From assembly GCA_903813345.2 (NCBI GenBank), contig CAIIXF020000001.1, forward strand, positions 34,844,001 through 34,908,000: DNA of 64,000 nucleotides, written 5' to 3'. The position numbers and the translations under genes are program-made. Below, in pieces: positions 24,701 to 34,400 of this stretch. Below the pieces are notes generated by a model. The model made no database searches. It saw only the letters and a program-made list of their open reading frames with translations, and was not told where the DNA came from. How positions within the stretch are numbered: position 1 is the stretch's first letter; every line of letters begins with the position of its first letter. Source of the stretch: Owenia fusiformis. Lineage: Eukaryota.

Positions 24701-26205
24701 TGCACTCTTAACCCAAACCGTTTGTGTAACTTAAGTGAGGAATTAAATCGACGATTCTGTTGTCTTCTGAGCTATTTTTTCGCAAACATGTACATTTTCT
24801 AAAACATATGATGTTGATACACGTTTGTGTGAAATAACATCGTGGGGATTCTGCCTACAACGCGTGAAATAAGGAAAAAATAAAAATCGTACCTTCGACG
24901 TTTTGGTAACCAGCGTAATCGAGCGGATCACCAGTGGAATGGGTATCAAATGTGTACTTACGGACAGCAGGTGGTGGAAGAACTGGCGTTTCTCTTTGTG
25001 CAAAACCTTTATCCCTGTTGAAGCACAATATTAACTTTAATTTAGTTATCATAACTTAAAGTCCCCGTCTAAAGTTTGAAAATATTTTTTTTTCATTCAT
25101 TTACTATTTGTCAGGACTTAAAAAGTGATTTTAGAGATTTTTGAACAAAAAAAAATTTTCAAGAAAAAGTTGTGAGCATTTCATTTCTCAAATATTCAAA
25201 TTTCCCGCCATTTTTCAAAAAAAGTTGAAATTTCTTTATCATCAAATATTTCTTAATGCATTTCAAAAAAGATTATCTTTTTAACACCAATGCAAAGATT
25301 GAACAAAAGAAACGCTATTTCAACAATAAAATGTCATGTTAATGGGCTACACCAATGTTATAACTTATCAAAAATATTTTGAAAAATTAGTGATGTCACT
25401 AAGGTAACAAAAACTTTTTGAAAAAAATTGAATTTTTTTTTTCGATGTCAATCTTTTCTAAATATGCTAGACTTTCATAAAAACCAATGTTGATTGTCTA
25501 ACCAAATTAAAAGGAAGAATAAATTATGTTTTAGATATCATTGTACCATTGGTTTCTATAAGAACTAAAATTTTGAAATGCATTTTTCTCAGAACCGTTT
25601 TCATGCACTGATAAGTTCATTTCTCACTTGTTTATCAACCGATTTTCTTAATATTTTCGGCATAAAACATGGGAGGATGAATGCTATGCATTGATATGAA
25701 TTAGAAGATATGAGTGACCTCTAAAAGTTGGTTTTAAATAAATTCACAAATTTTGGAACAAAAAGTCTATCAAAAACCACTTTTTGAAATTTAAAAAAAA
25801 AGTTTCACATATCACACTTTGATAACATTGGGTAAGACTACAATATTAGCCAAAGTGGTTAAAACTTTACATGGGGCCTTTAATAATTTTTGAACCATTA
25901 TTGCGCTTTAAAAGCGGTTTTATGCAATGACGAAGATATTTATGAGCCAAAAACATTTTGAAATTGAGACAATTTTACTAAAAGTATTATTCAACCTTGA
26001 CTACGGGGATCCTAGAAGATCCAAGCTAAACACCGACCTGATCAAGTTATATAGGGTAGAGGTCAATGAGTATACTAAGACATCGACAAATCTGAATTGT
26101 TTCTACTTACACTTCTACTTCCTCCCTCTCCAAGTTACCCCCTGGGTGTGCTGATACATTGTATACAAGCCCGAGACACAATGCTGCAAGCAAGAGAAAT
26201 GTCAT
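15787..26205 (-). CDS. Secreted CAP/SCP (CRISP-like) protein with EGF-like and C-terminal ShKT domains, paralogue 1, 352 aa. Exons: 26111-26205, 24962-25014, 23097-23310, 22161-22338, 21845-21987, 21013-21110, 19590-19622, 17681-17791, 16343-16466, 15787-15796
   Basis: All introns GT-AG with matching phases; 1059 nt open frame. Signal peptide MTFLLLAALCLGLVYNVSA. CAP motifs HNTRR, CIWDH, GQNMY, WYNDE, CGHYTQVIWA, VICDYSPPGNY. EGF-like CEKNGGTID..CVCNC..GEACE. ShKT-like CID...CNYWKSSGYC...FMQQNCKDTCAC. Confidence 0.9.
16690..16970 (+). repeat. Dispersed repeat with homologue at ~45125-45345 (and ~45930-46020)
   Basis: Shared TAGTGGTTTATAATGGCAGCCAATG...TTTTCCAAAATTCAAA...ATTGCTCTAGAACTGTT...TTTGAAGAT. 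Confidence 0.7.
17914..18000. mobile_element. 87-bp TAG...CTA mini TIR element with ~9-bp TSD
   Basis: TIR TAGCCTTGCCCAAGT; TSD CTCAAGCCC / CTCAAGTCC. Confidence 0.7.
19717..20566. repeat. Probable TIR element with ~22-bp subterminal tandem repeats (GAGTATGGCATATTCACTTGCG-like)
   Basis: Ends TGTTACGCGGTA / TACCGCGTAACA; repeats at ~19745-19820 and ~20345-20520. Confidence 0.55.
22627..22830. mobile_element. GC-rich CAGG...CCTG MITE
   Basis: TIR CAGGCCCG(AC)GTAGCCAGG / CCTGGCTACGGGCCTG; TSD AATACC. Confidence 0.75.
24169..24293. mobile_element. 125-bp mini TIR element with 9-bp TSD TCAATTTTC
   Basis: TSD at 24160-24168 and 24294-24302; ends TTGTCTTACTTAAAAGAC / GTCTTTAAGCAAGACTA. Confidence 0.7.
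24434..24936. mobile_element. Foldback MITE with CAC...GTG termini and 5-bp TSD (Transib-like)
   Basis: TIR CACTGGTGATCC(A/G)CTCGATTACGCTGGTTACC; near-complete palindrome; TSD GAATG at 24429-24433 and 24937-24941. Confidence 0.85.
25060..25879 (-). mobile_element. Same TTAA element, copy 2, in intron 1 of CAP paralogue 1
   Basis: Reverse complement of 4738-5569 along its length; TTAA at 25056-25059 and 25880-25883. Confidence 0.8.
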
Positions 26206-26325
26206 CTTGATATAGGCGGTCGTCCTGATGAATCCCTCAAGATTGTTTTGCAGTGAGTGATTGTCTCGTCGGTATCTCTACTCTTACCGATAGTCGCATA
26301 TGTAACAGCATGTGCACGGCGCGCC

Positions 26326-26333
26326 TTTATATA
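26326..26333 (-). promoter_or_regulatory. Probable TATA box (TATATAAA) of CAP paralogue 1
   Basis: TATATAAAGGCGC lies ~120 nt upstream of the ATG at 26205; CRE-like TGACGTGA at ~26362. Confidence 0.6.
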
Positions 26334-26692
26334 CCACCACTCCGTCATATAATACCAAACATGACGTGACATAAGCAGCGGAAACTTTTAAGATTTACTT
26401 CCACATTTAAGTCCGGCCGTAGAGACACAATTAATCAACGTGTACGTGGCTTCCGTTAGATGAAACTTCATATTGTACAGCACAATTGAATTTCAGAATT
26501 ATTGAAAATGCAATCGTTTTTTGAGATACTGTTTATCTGTGCAAATAAACGCCTATTTAGTAGAATTTTTCCGGAGAGTCTCAAATAGAATTTCAAGATC
26601 TAGAACTTAGAAATTTGAACTAAAACAGACTTTTCATGGTAAATATTTTTTCTAAGTATGTTTCCTTTTAACCAGAGGCTGTTACTAAACGT

Positions 26693-29600
26693 TTTTTTTT
26701 TTTTTTGTTTTTTTTTGTAAAATCTATTTATTTCTTAAACATATGTACAACATGTATGCATAATATTACATAATTACAGTTACAATACAGAGTTAAAAAC
26801 TATTTACATTTAATTAAAAATTTTCAATAAATGTACCACTCTCTTAAGAATTAGGTTTTCATAATATATCTCTTTTCCTGTTGGTTTTACACCTAGACGT
26901 TCCAAAATGTTACATTCATTTCCAATCCAAATAGGTTCAATTTTTTTTACAACTTACAAAAAAATGGGCCATATTGTCATTTTCATCACAGAATTTACAT
27001 TTGTCACTATCCATTATGTTATATCTTTTAAGTATGCCCCCATGAGGGTAGATTTTATGGAGTATCTTCCATTGTAATTCTAAGAGAACTGTTTCTCTAG
27101 TACATTTATAAAGTGTTTCCCATACATCTTTGAGGATATGCTCACCATCATAATACAATTCAACCTTTCTGTCTTGTACCAATTTTTTCCTAATGAATTT
27201 AGCAGTTATTTTATTAACTTCAATATTTCTGAAGTAAAGTTTGTCATTTACATGATCATCTTCACAATTATACCATCTAAAGATGTGTTCTGGTTTTAAA
27301 GCATTTTTTAATGCCTGATACTGTAAAAATACTTGGCCATTTCTACCTACTATGTTGGCAATATCATCATATGGTACCAATGCTTTGTTTCTAATGACAT
27401 CCTTAATGTATATCAGTTTTTTCTCAATCCAATTAGAAAAATACAGAGTTTTATTAGCTCTTACAATATTGTCATTATTCCATAATATATACTCATCTTT
27501 ATAATTACAATATTTTATCCACAATTTTAATATATCAGCATAAAATTCAGAGCAGTTCTCTAGACCACTTATTTTTTCAGCTGAAGTGTTACTTCTAAAA
27601 ACAGAGAGGTTTACTCCCAGCTTATCATACATACTAAAGGGAATAGATTTCCAATGCCCTTTGGAGCTATCCTTAAGTTTTTTGACCCACTGTAATGCAT
27701 ATGCAATTTGCATGTCTTTAACATTGATCATTTGTAGACCACCTTCAGAATAGTCTTGTACAATAACATCTCTTTTAACTTTCTCAGGCACAGTCTTTAA
27801 GTCACATTCCTTAAATTTTCCCTTGGCCCAAATAAATTTGAAAACCATTGTATTTATTCTGTTTAAAATATTCTCTGGTAAAATAAAGCCTTGCATTATA
27901 TAGGAAAATTGTGATATAATCAATGACTTTGCAAGAACAATTCTTCCAAAAATAGTAAGTATTCGGTTTGCCCAAGACTTCATAATACTTTGACATTTTA
28001 AAAACTTAGATTCGATATTTACACTGTTGTTTACCACTTTTACATCCGAACTGAATGTGATTCCTAATACTTTAATAGAGTTTTCAGGTTTGATTTTCCA
28101 CTTGACTTTACCAAGAGTATCTTTCCTATTTTTCCAGGAACCAAGCCACATGGCTTCAGTTTTATTTACATTCATATTTAAGCTAGATATATTGGAAAAT
28201 CTTTTAAAGACATCAATGGTATTATAAAATGATTGTGAGTCTTTTACAAACATTGTAGTATCGTCTGCAAATTGTACAATTTTTAAAATTTCTTCATTTG
28301 GTAGGGTTATACCTCTGATATCATTTTGCTGCCTTATTTTGCAGGATAACAGTTCACAAGCAATAATAAATGTAAGTGGAGATAATGGGCATCCCTGACG
28401 AATGCCCCTTTCTAAATTAATATTGCCAATTATCCAACCATTATGATAAATGTGATTGTGACCATTTCTATTGAGTACATCTACCCATTTTATAAATGAT
28501 GGCCCGAAACCAAATTTTTCAAGTGAGTATAACATAAATTCCTTAGATATCGAATCAAATGCTTTAGAGTAGTCAATTGCCATCATTATACCTTGAAGAT
28601 TATTAGTATCTAAATAAATTATAACATCATCAATTGTTCTTAAGATATTTGATGCACTTCGCTTTTTTATAAAACCAGATTGGTCATCATGAATAATTGA
28701 GGTGATAATCTGTTTTATTCTATTAGCCAATACCTTTGCAACGATTTTATAATCCACATTTGTGAGAGTTAAGGGTCTCCAGTTTTTCAGCTCATCCTTT
28801 GGCAGATCCTTCTTTGGTATTAGTACCATTAATCCCCTTTTTTGAGAGCATGACAACTCTCCTTTAATAAAACCCTCATTAAATGAGTTCACAATCAAGT
28901 GACCTAATTTTGTAAAAAATACTTTATAAAAAGCAACAGTTATGCCATCTAATCCTGGACTTGAGTCATTTCTCATGTTCCTTAAAGCTAAAATACATTC
29001 ATTATAGGTTATTTCACCTTCACATGATAAACGTTCATCTTGGTTTAATGAAGGAATATGTACATTATTAAAAAAATCATCAGCAATTGCTGGTCGGAAT
29101 AGAATCTTTTTAGAATATAACTCACCATAAAATCTATTTAATTCATTTATAATTTTAGTCTGGTCTCTTGTTACCTCACCATTATCAAGCTTTAAATGTG
29201 TAATAAGTTTCTGTTTCGCTTTAACATTTTCTAGTTGCAAAAAATACTTAGTGCTTTTTTCTCCCTCTTCACACCATTGGACTTTTGATCTTATCATAGC
29301 ACCTCTTGCCTCATTACTTACAATGTCATCATATATTTTTTTGCACTCATTAACCTTCATGTTTAACTCATTACTGTCTGGCTTTTTACATAATTGTTTA
29401 CAAGCTTTTTCTAAATTGGTTTTGGCTATTTTTATTTCCTGTCTTTTTTCTTTTGCAATTCTTTTACCAAAATTCAAAGAAAAATCTCTAATCTCTGTTT
29501 TACAGTAATCCCATAACATTTGCTCATCTAAATTCCTATTTTTTAATTTTACATTTTCGACAATAGTATTTACTTGATTAACATATTCAGTATTTTTTAA

Positions 29601-30081
29601 CAGACTATTATTAAGTTTCCAATAAGATGGTCCCTTTTCACTATCATCTAATGAAATATTTAGCATTATGCCTCTATGATCAGATGTTGGCATATCTACT
29701 ATTTCTGAAGATACCAATTTATTAAAACCTGCATCATTTGTAAAAATGTAATCAATGCGCCTAGCAATGTTTTTTGATTTATGTTTCCATGTAAAATTCT
29801 TTTCTTCAAAATGATGTAGTCGCCATGTATCTATAATATCAGTCATGCATATAAATTTGTTAAATGCCTCAATTTCAAATGAACAATGTTTTTCACCTGA
29901 AATTGTATCCATGTTTGGATTTACAACACAATTAAAATCTCCACACAAGAATAGGTTACTCTGAGAAGTGTCAATATCATTTAAGATTTTTTCCAATTTC
30001 TTATAAAATACCACCTTATCTCTAGAATTATTTGGTGCATATACATTGCAATACACAAATATTTCATTTTCATATTCAAAC
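26693..30081 (-). mobile_element. 5'-truncated L1/Tx1-clade LINE with poly(A) tail
   Basis: 10-bp TSD TACTAAACGT at 26683-26692 and 30082-30091; poly(T) on plus at ~26692-26716; AATAAA just inside the tail. Confidence 0.93.
26937..30056 (-). CDS. L1/Tx1 ORF2 (AP-endonuclease, RT, CCHC knuckle), N-terminally truncated
   Basis: NVYAPN, GDFN, RIDYIF, SDH, WKLN, GEKSTKYF, NWRPLTL, GIRQGCPLSP, QFADD, CKFC...H.F..C. Confidence 0.93.
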   Translation of the reverse strand: MYCNVYAPNNSRDKVVFYKKLEKILNDIDTSQSNLFLCGDFNCVVNPNMDTISGEKHCSFEIEAFNKFICMTDIIDTWRLHHFEEKNFTWKHKSKNIARRIDYIFTNDAGFNKLVSSEIVDMPTSDHRGIMLNISLDDSEKGPSYWKLNNSLLKNTEYVNQVNTIVENVKLKNRNLDEQMLWDYCKTEIRDFSLNFGKRIAKEKRQEIKIAKTNLEKACKQLCKKPDSNELNMKVNECKKIYDDIVSNEARGAMIRSKVQWCEEGEKSTKYFLQLENVKAKQKLITHLKLDNGEVTRDQTKIINELNRFYGELYSKKILFRPAIADDFFNNVHIPSLNQDERLSCEGEITYNECILALRNMRNDSSPGLDGITVAFYKVFFTKLGHLIVNSFNEGFIKGELSCSQKRGLMVLIPKKDLPKDELKNWRPLTLTNVDYKIVAKVLANRIKQIITSIIHDDQSGFIKKRSASNILRTIDDVIIYLDTNNLQGIMMAIDYSKAFDSISKEFMLYSLEKFGFGPSFIKWVDVLNRNGHNHIYHNGWIIGNINLERGIRQGCPLSPLTFIIACELLSCKIRQQNDIRGITLPNEEILKIVQFADDTTMFVKDSQSFYNTIDVFKRFSNISSLNMNVNKTEAMWLGSWKNRKDTLGKVKWKIKPENSIKVLGITFSSDVKVVNNSVNIESKFLKCQSIMKSWANRILTIFGRIVLAKSLIISQFSYIMQGFILPENILNRINTMVFKFIWAKGKFKECDLKTVPEKVKRDVIVQDYSEGGLQMINVKDMQIAYALQWVKKLKDSSKGHWKSIPFSMYDKLGVNLSVFRSNTSAEKISGLENCSEFYADILKLWIKYCNYKDEYILWNNDNIVRANKTLYFSNWIEKKLIYIKDVIRNKALVPYDDIANIVGRNGQVFLQYQALKNALKPEHIFRWYNCEDDHVNDKLYFRNIEVNKITAKFIRKKLVQDRKVELYYDGEHILKDVWETLYKCTRETVLLELQWKILHKIYPHGGILKRYNIMDSDKCKFCDENDNMAHFFVSCKKN

Positions 30082-31464
30082 TACTAAACGTATTCTGTCA
30101 CCAAGAGATGAGATGAGAAAATAAATTCCTAAGCACAATCAATCACAATTTAATCAAATAATTAATGAATAATTGTTTAATACAAACACTATCTTATCGC
30201 TCAATATAGCATGGACATGATTTTGGTGTCACTTTTTACGATAATCATTTCTACATTTATTGTTTGAAGTACTTATATAAATAATAATAACTTTGTTGTA
30301 TCGTATTATATTACTTTAGATATGGTTTTCATTTTGATGACGATGATCAATGGAATATATTTATTATAATACACATTTTTTAATGACTTAACGGTTGTAT
30401 TATGTTTTAAATCTTTATTCAACAGTAATTTTCTAAGTCATGTTCAGTAATGCAAATAAAAGAAGGCCCTACCGCACATAAAATTGATCCATTTAAATCT
30501 ATTGACTTCCGACACCAAGTTTCATCGGGGTCAACCAGATCCAGCCTGAGACGCCCCCTGAGACACTGCATAGAAATGCACATGATGCATAGAAATATGT
30601 GTATCTCTCTCTGTTTCTGGGGAGATTTTTCCCTTGGGATAAACCCTGTATCCCAAACCTTTATACTCCACCCCGGACACACAGTCCTAGCAACCGAACT
30701 AAAATACCTAAATATAGTATAATCCCTCAGCCTTGTTTTTCTAGATAATATAGTCCCGGACTATTTTTCCAGGACTGCATAAGCCATTAGTGGATTTTGT
30801 GTTTGTGTATACTATATGAAGGAGTTACCTGTGATACTTTAATAAAAACAATACATTTACGAAAGGTTACCATATATTAAGAAACATCTTTGTCTGACTA
30901 TAGTTCACCATTTATGGAGATGGATGTGTAGAAGGGGTGGCAGTTAGCTGTGGAAGTAGACAAGTTGGAAGGACACTTGGTGCAAGGTAGCAGAGTTAAA
31001 TGGATAATCAATCATAGTTAGAATTATTTCCTTTTAATTTTTGGTTTCATAACCATCTATCTTGAATTTTGGATATAAACTGAGGTATCTCATGGTCATT
31101 GCGATTTACATCTGGCTCACATCACGCAATATTCAAAGGTCTCCGACATAATGGAATAATAAACACAGTATAATAAAGAGAATATATTTCAAGAGCAATA
31201 TCTTAGAGCAGAAGTAGCCAAAATAAGATGTGATTCATGTTACGATCCTGCATTATGTAATTACTAAATAGCTCATATTGTTACGTATTATTTGATTTCA
31301 AAATTCTTGTCAAATATGAGGAAACTGTGTTTAAGTCATAGTCCATTTCATTTGGAATTGTATCCTTGTGGAATATTTGATCGGAACGCCATCTTTGTCG
31401 TTTTTGCTATCGTCATCATCCTTTATAGTTCTTCTTACATGTCCTTGGTCCTTAGCATTACTTT

Positions 31465-34400
31465 CTAAGGGCATCTGGAAAATATAATCAGAGCAATTAA
31501 TCATTCTCATACTCCTCTCTAACAAGGAACAATCTCTGATTCGGAAGGTTTCATGATAAGTAATACGATTTTCATTGTGATGTCTAAGAACAAAGGAGGA
31601 GATCCCTATTGCAAAAGTGTATTAACAACGGCTGTGTCATCCAAGGGTTTTGATTATGTCGCACATGATGTTTTGAGGTGTTTTTGATAACCCGTTCTAT
31701 AGAATGTGCGTTTCTGTTTTATGGGTCACCCTGCATGACTGAGACAGGTACTCACGCGCACGTATCTTTGCAGTTTTGTTGCATGAACGCACTGTAAACA
31801 CTCTCAGCTGCGCAAAAGCCAGAGCCTTTCCAAAAGGTGCAACTACTTTCGTCCAGCACATCCCCTTGTTTTGAGTTGCAGTTAACTAAAAACAACCAGA
31901 ATGAGCTTTAAAGTACATAATATGACAAGGCACTAATTACTATATTTAAAAAGTTCAACAACGTCACCCTTGGTATACGCAGCTAACGAAAATTGACCGG
32001 TACGGGTCAAAAGCTGGACCGGTACGGGTTAACGGTTTTATTTGAATTTAAAACAGCCATAACTTACTCAATATTGACTTCCTCGTGTCTAATTTGAAAT
32101 ATATGATGCCTACCGATGCTTTTAAGTACCCCGTTTTTTTACAGATTTTCAAACGGACCAAAACTCTCTAAATGCGCATTTATGCTCTTTTCTCTCGAGA
32201 ACGACTGTCTCATTTTCACGATAACTTTTATTTAGTACTTCTAACATATAAGATCTATTTTTCCCCATCAAGGTATGATGTAAATGACATGCTATTTACA
32301 TCTTGTGAGTTTCAATGACGCGCGTTTGATTTTATAAAAAATGCCAAACTTTGTGACAAAGAATTTCATCCTGCTTGCAGCGAGAAGACGGACCGGTTCG
32401 GGGCAATCTGCTTGCATCGAGAAGACGGGCCGGTTCGGGGCAATAGCTGATGAAATTCTTTGTTAGCTGCCTATACCAAGGGTGAACGTTTGACATATGT
32501 AAAAATAATGATAAACTCAAAGGTCAGACTTTGGCTGCTTGATTAGTTTTTCAAGTCTATATACAGTGCGTATCAAAAAAACGCAACAGATTGTTATCTC
32601 GGAAAAGCACAAAACCAGTGATAACAGCATTGATTTCATTCAATGCCCCATAAAGCCATGTGTCTCCTCTTTACAATGATATATCATTCCTTGATATTTG
32701 GTCATGGTTGGGCGAGTAAGCATTCCATTTGCAAAGTGGGCCAAAATTAGCTTTGGGCCAAGTTATAAACATCGCAAAAGTTAGTGTTCGGAGCCCGATG
32801 CAATATTGGAAGAAAACATAAAATCAATGCTGACTGCATCCTTTTCATTCAATGTACTAAAAAGCCAAATTAGTCCTCTTTGCAATGGAATATCATTCAT
32901 TCACAGGGAGTCATCTCCGGCCGAATAATCATTAATTTTGCAAAATGGGGCAAAATTCAGCTCGGACACAAGTTTTAAACATTGCAAAAGTCAGTACAAG
33001 GGGCATAGGGGCTATTGGGAGAAGGTGTGACAGGTGTGGCATAGACAGTAAAGTGTTCATACTCATACTCTTGCAAGAATACATCCTATACCCCTCCAAA
33101 GTGCCGCCACTTCCTTCCACATGAAGATGCGCTCATCTGTCCACGTCATGCATGGTTCAGCCCTGAATCATCTCTGGGTTAAAGCAGAGAAAAGCAGCCC
33201 ATGGGCAATTCTTACTCGAGGTTTTGCAATATCTGGTGAAGGAATTGTGAGCACAGATGCTCCTGAGATAGCTCCAAAAGAAAAAGTCACAACATTTCAA
33301 GTCAGGGGAACTTCCATTGGCACTTAGCCCTTGCACTGATTTTTTCAATATCTAAAACTTGGTGCAGAGCCGATTTTGACCCACTGTGCAAACAGAAGGA
33401 TTTCTCACCCAACCATTACCACATGTGAATGAATGACATATCATTGCAAAGAGGAGAGACGTGGCTTTATGGTGCATTGAATGAAATTGATGTAGTCATC
33501 ACTAGTTTTGTGATTTTACGAGATATCTAATTGTTGCGTTTTTTTTATACGCCCTGTATAGTATACATACATACTTTCACAGGCCTCGCCTAATAAAGAG
33601 GGGTCACCACAATCACAGATGCATTGCGCTCCATTTGGGTCGATAGTTCCACCATTTTCCCCACACTTGGCTTTATTAGGACACACTATAACACATAGGG
33701 TACACCAAATAGTGGGCCTTTTGGGCATTACTTGGCCTTTTTGGCCTCTTAAAAGGAAAATATTTCAAGAGGGATAAAGCGGAAAACAATAGTTCTCATG
33801 TTATTTTACCATAGTGAAACGTATTTTCCTTTTAAGAAGTTAACTGTGTCTACAAATGCAACATATTGATGCATAAAACATTGAAAAAAGACTAGTGGAA
33901 GGGGATGAAAAAATGTTGGTGGGGTATTTGCACCTTCCCCGAAGTTTAAATTATTTGATCATCTCTATGAGTACTTTGCCTTTAGATAATGCATTGGCCT
34001 AAATACATGCACCTTTTTAAATAATCAAAAAATAGCCACAATCCAACATGCGACTGTCTAAATTCTGTTGTGATATCTTCCGTGGTCCTTTTCAAAATTT
34101 GGGCCCTATTTTTGAATTTAAAGGGGCACGGAAATTTTTATTCAAATTTGAAATGTGGTCGTGTTATATTTGACATACAGTATATACTATGAATCAGACC
34201 TGCTAGATAAATTCCGATAGCAAAAAAAGTGGCAGGAACTTTTGTTTTCTTGATTTTGTCACCTTCATCCATCCATGATCCATCCAATTTAAAATCAATA
34301 GTTGGCCAGTATGTAGTGCGTAGGTTACATTTTTGAGATATGATTACACTCAAAAATAGATAAAGTAATTCTCCTTTTCGCGATTCGCTCTTTGAAACAG

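Noticed and set aside
31331..31525. 64-aa acidic ORF
   Set aside because: It overlaps the terminal exon and 3' UTR of CAP paralogue 2 in another frame; splice phase gives CACP* instead.
33731..33745. U2 snRNA-like GGCCTTTTGGC
   Set aside because: Only ~11 nt match; the rest of U2 is absent.
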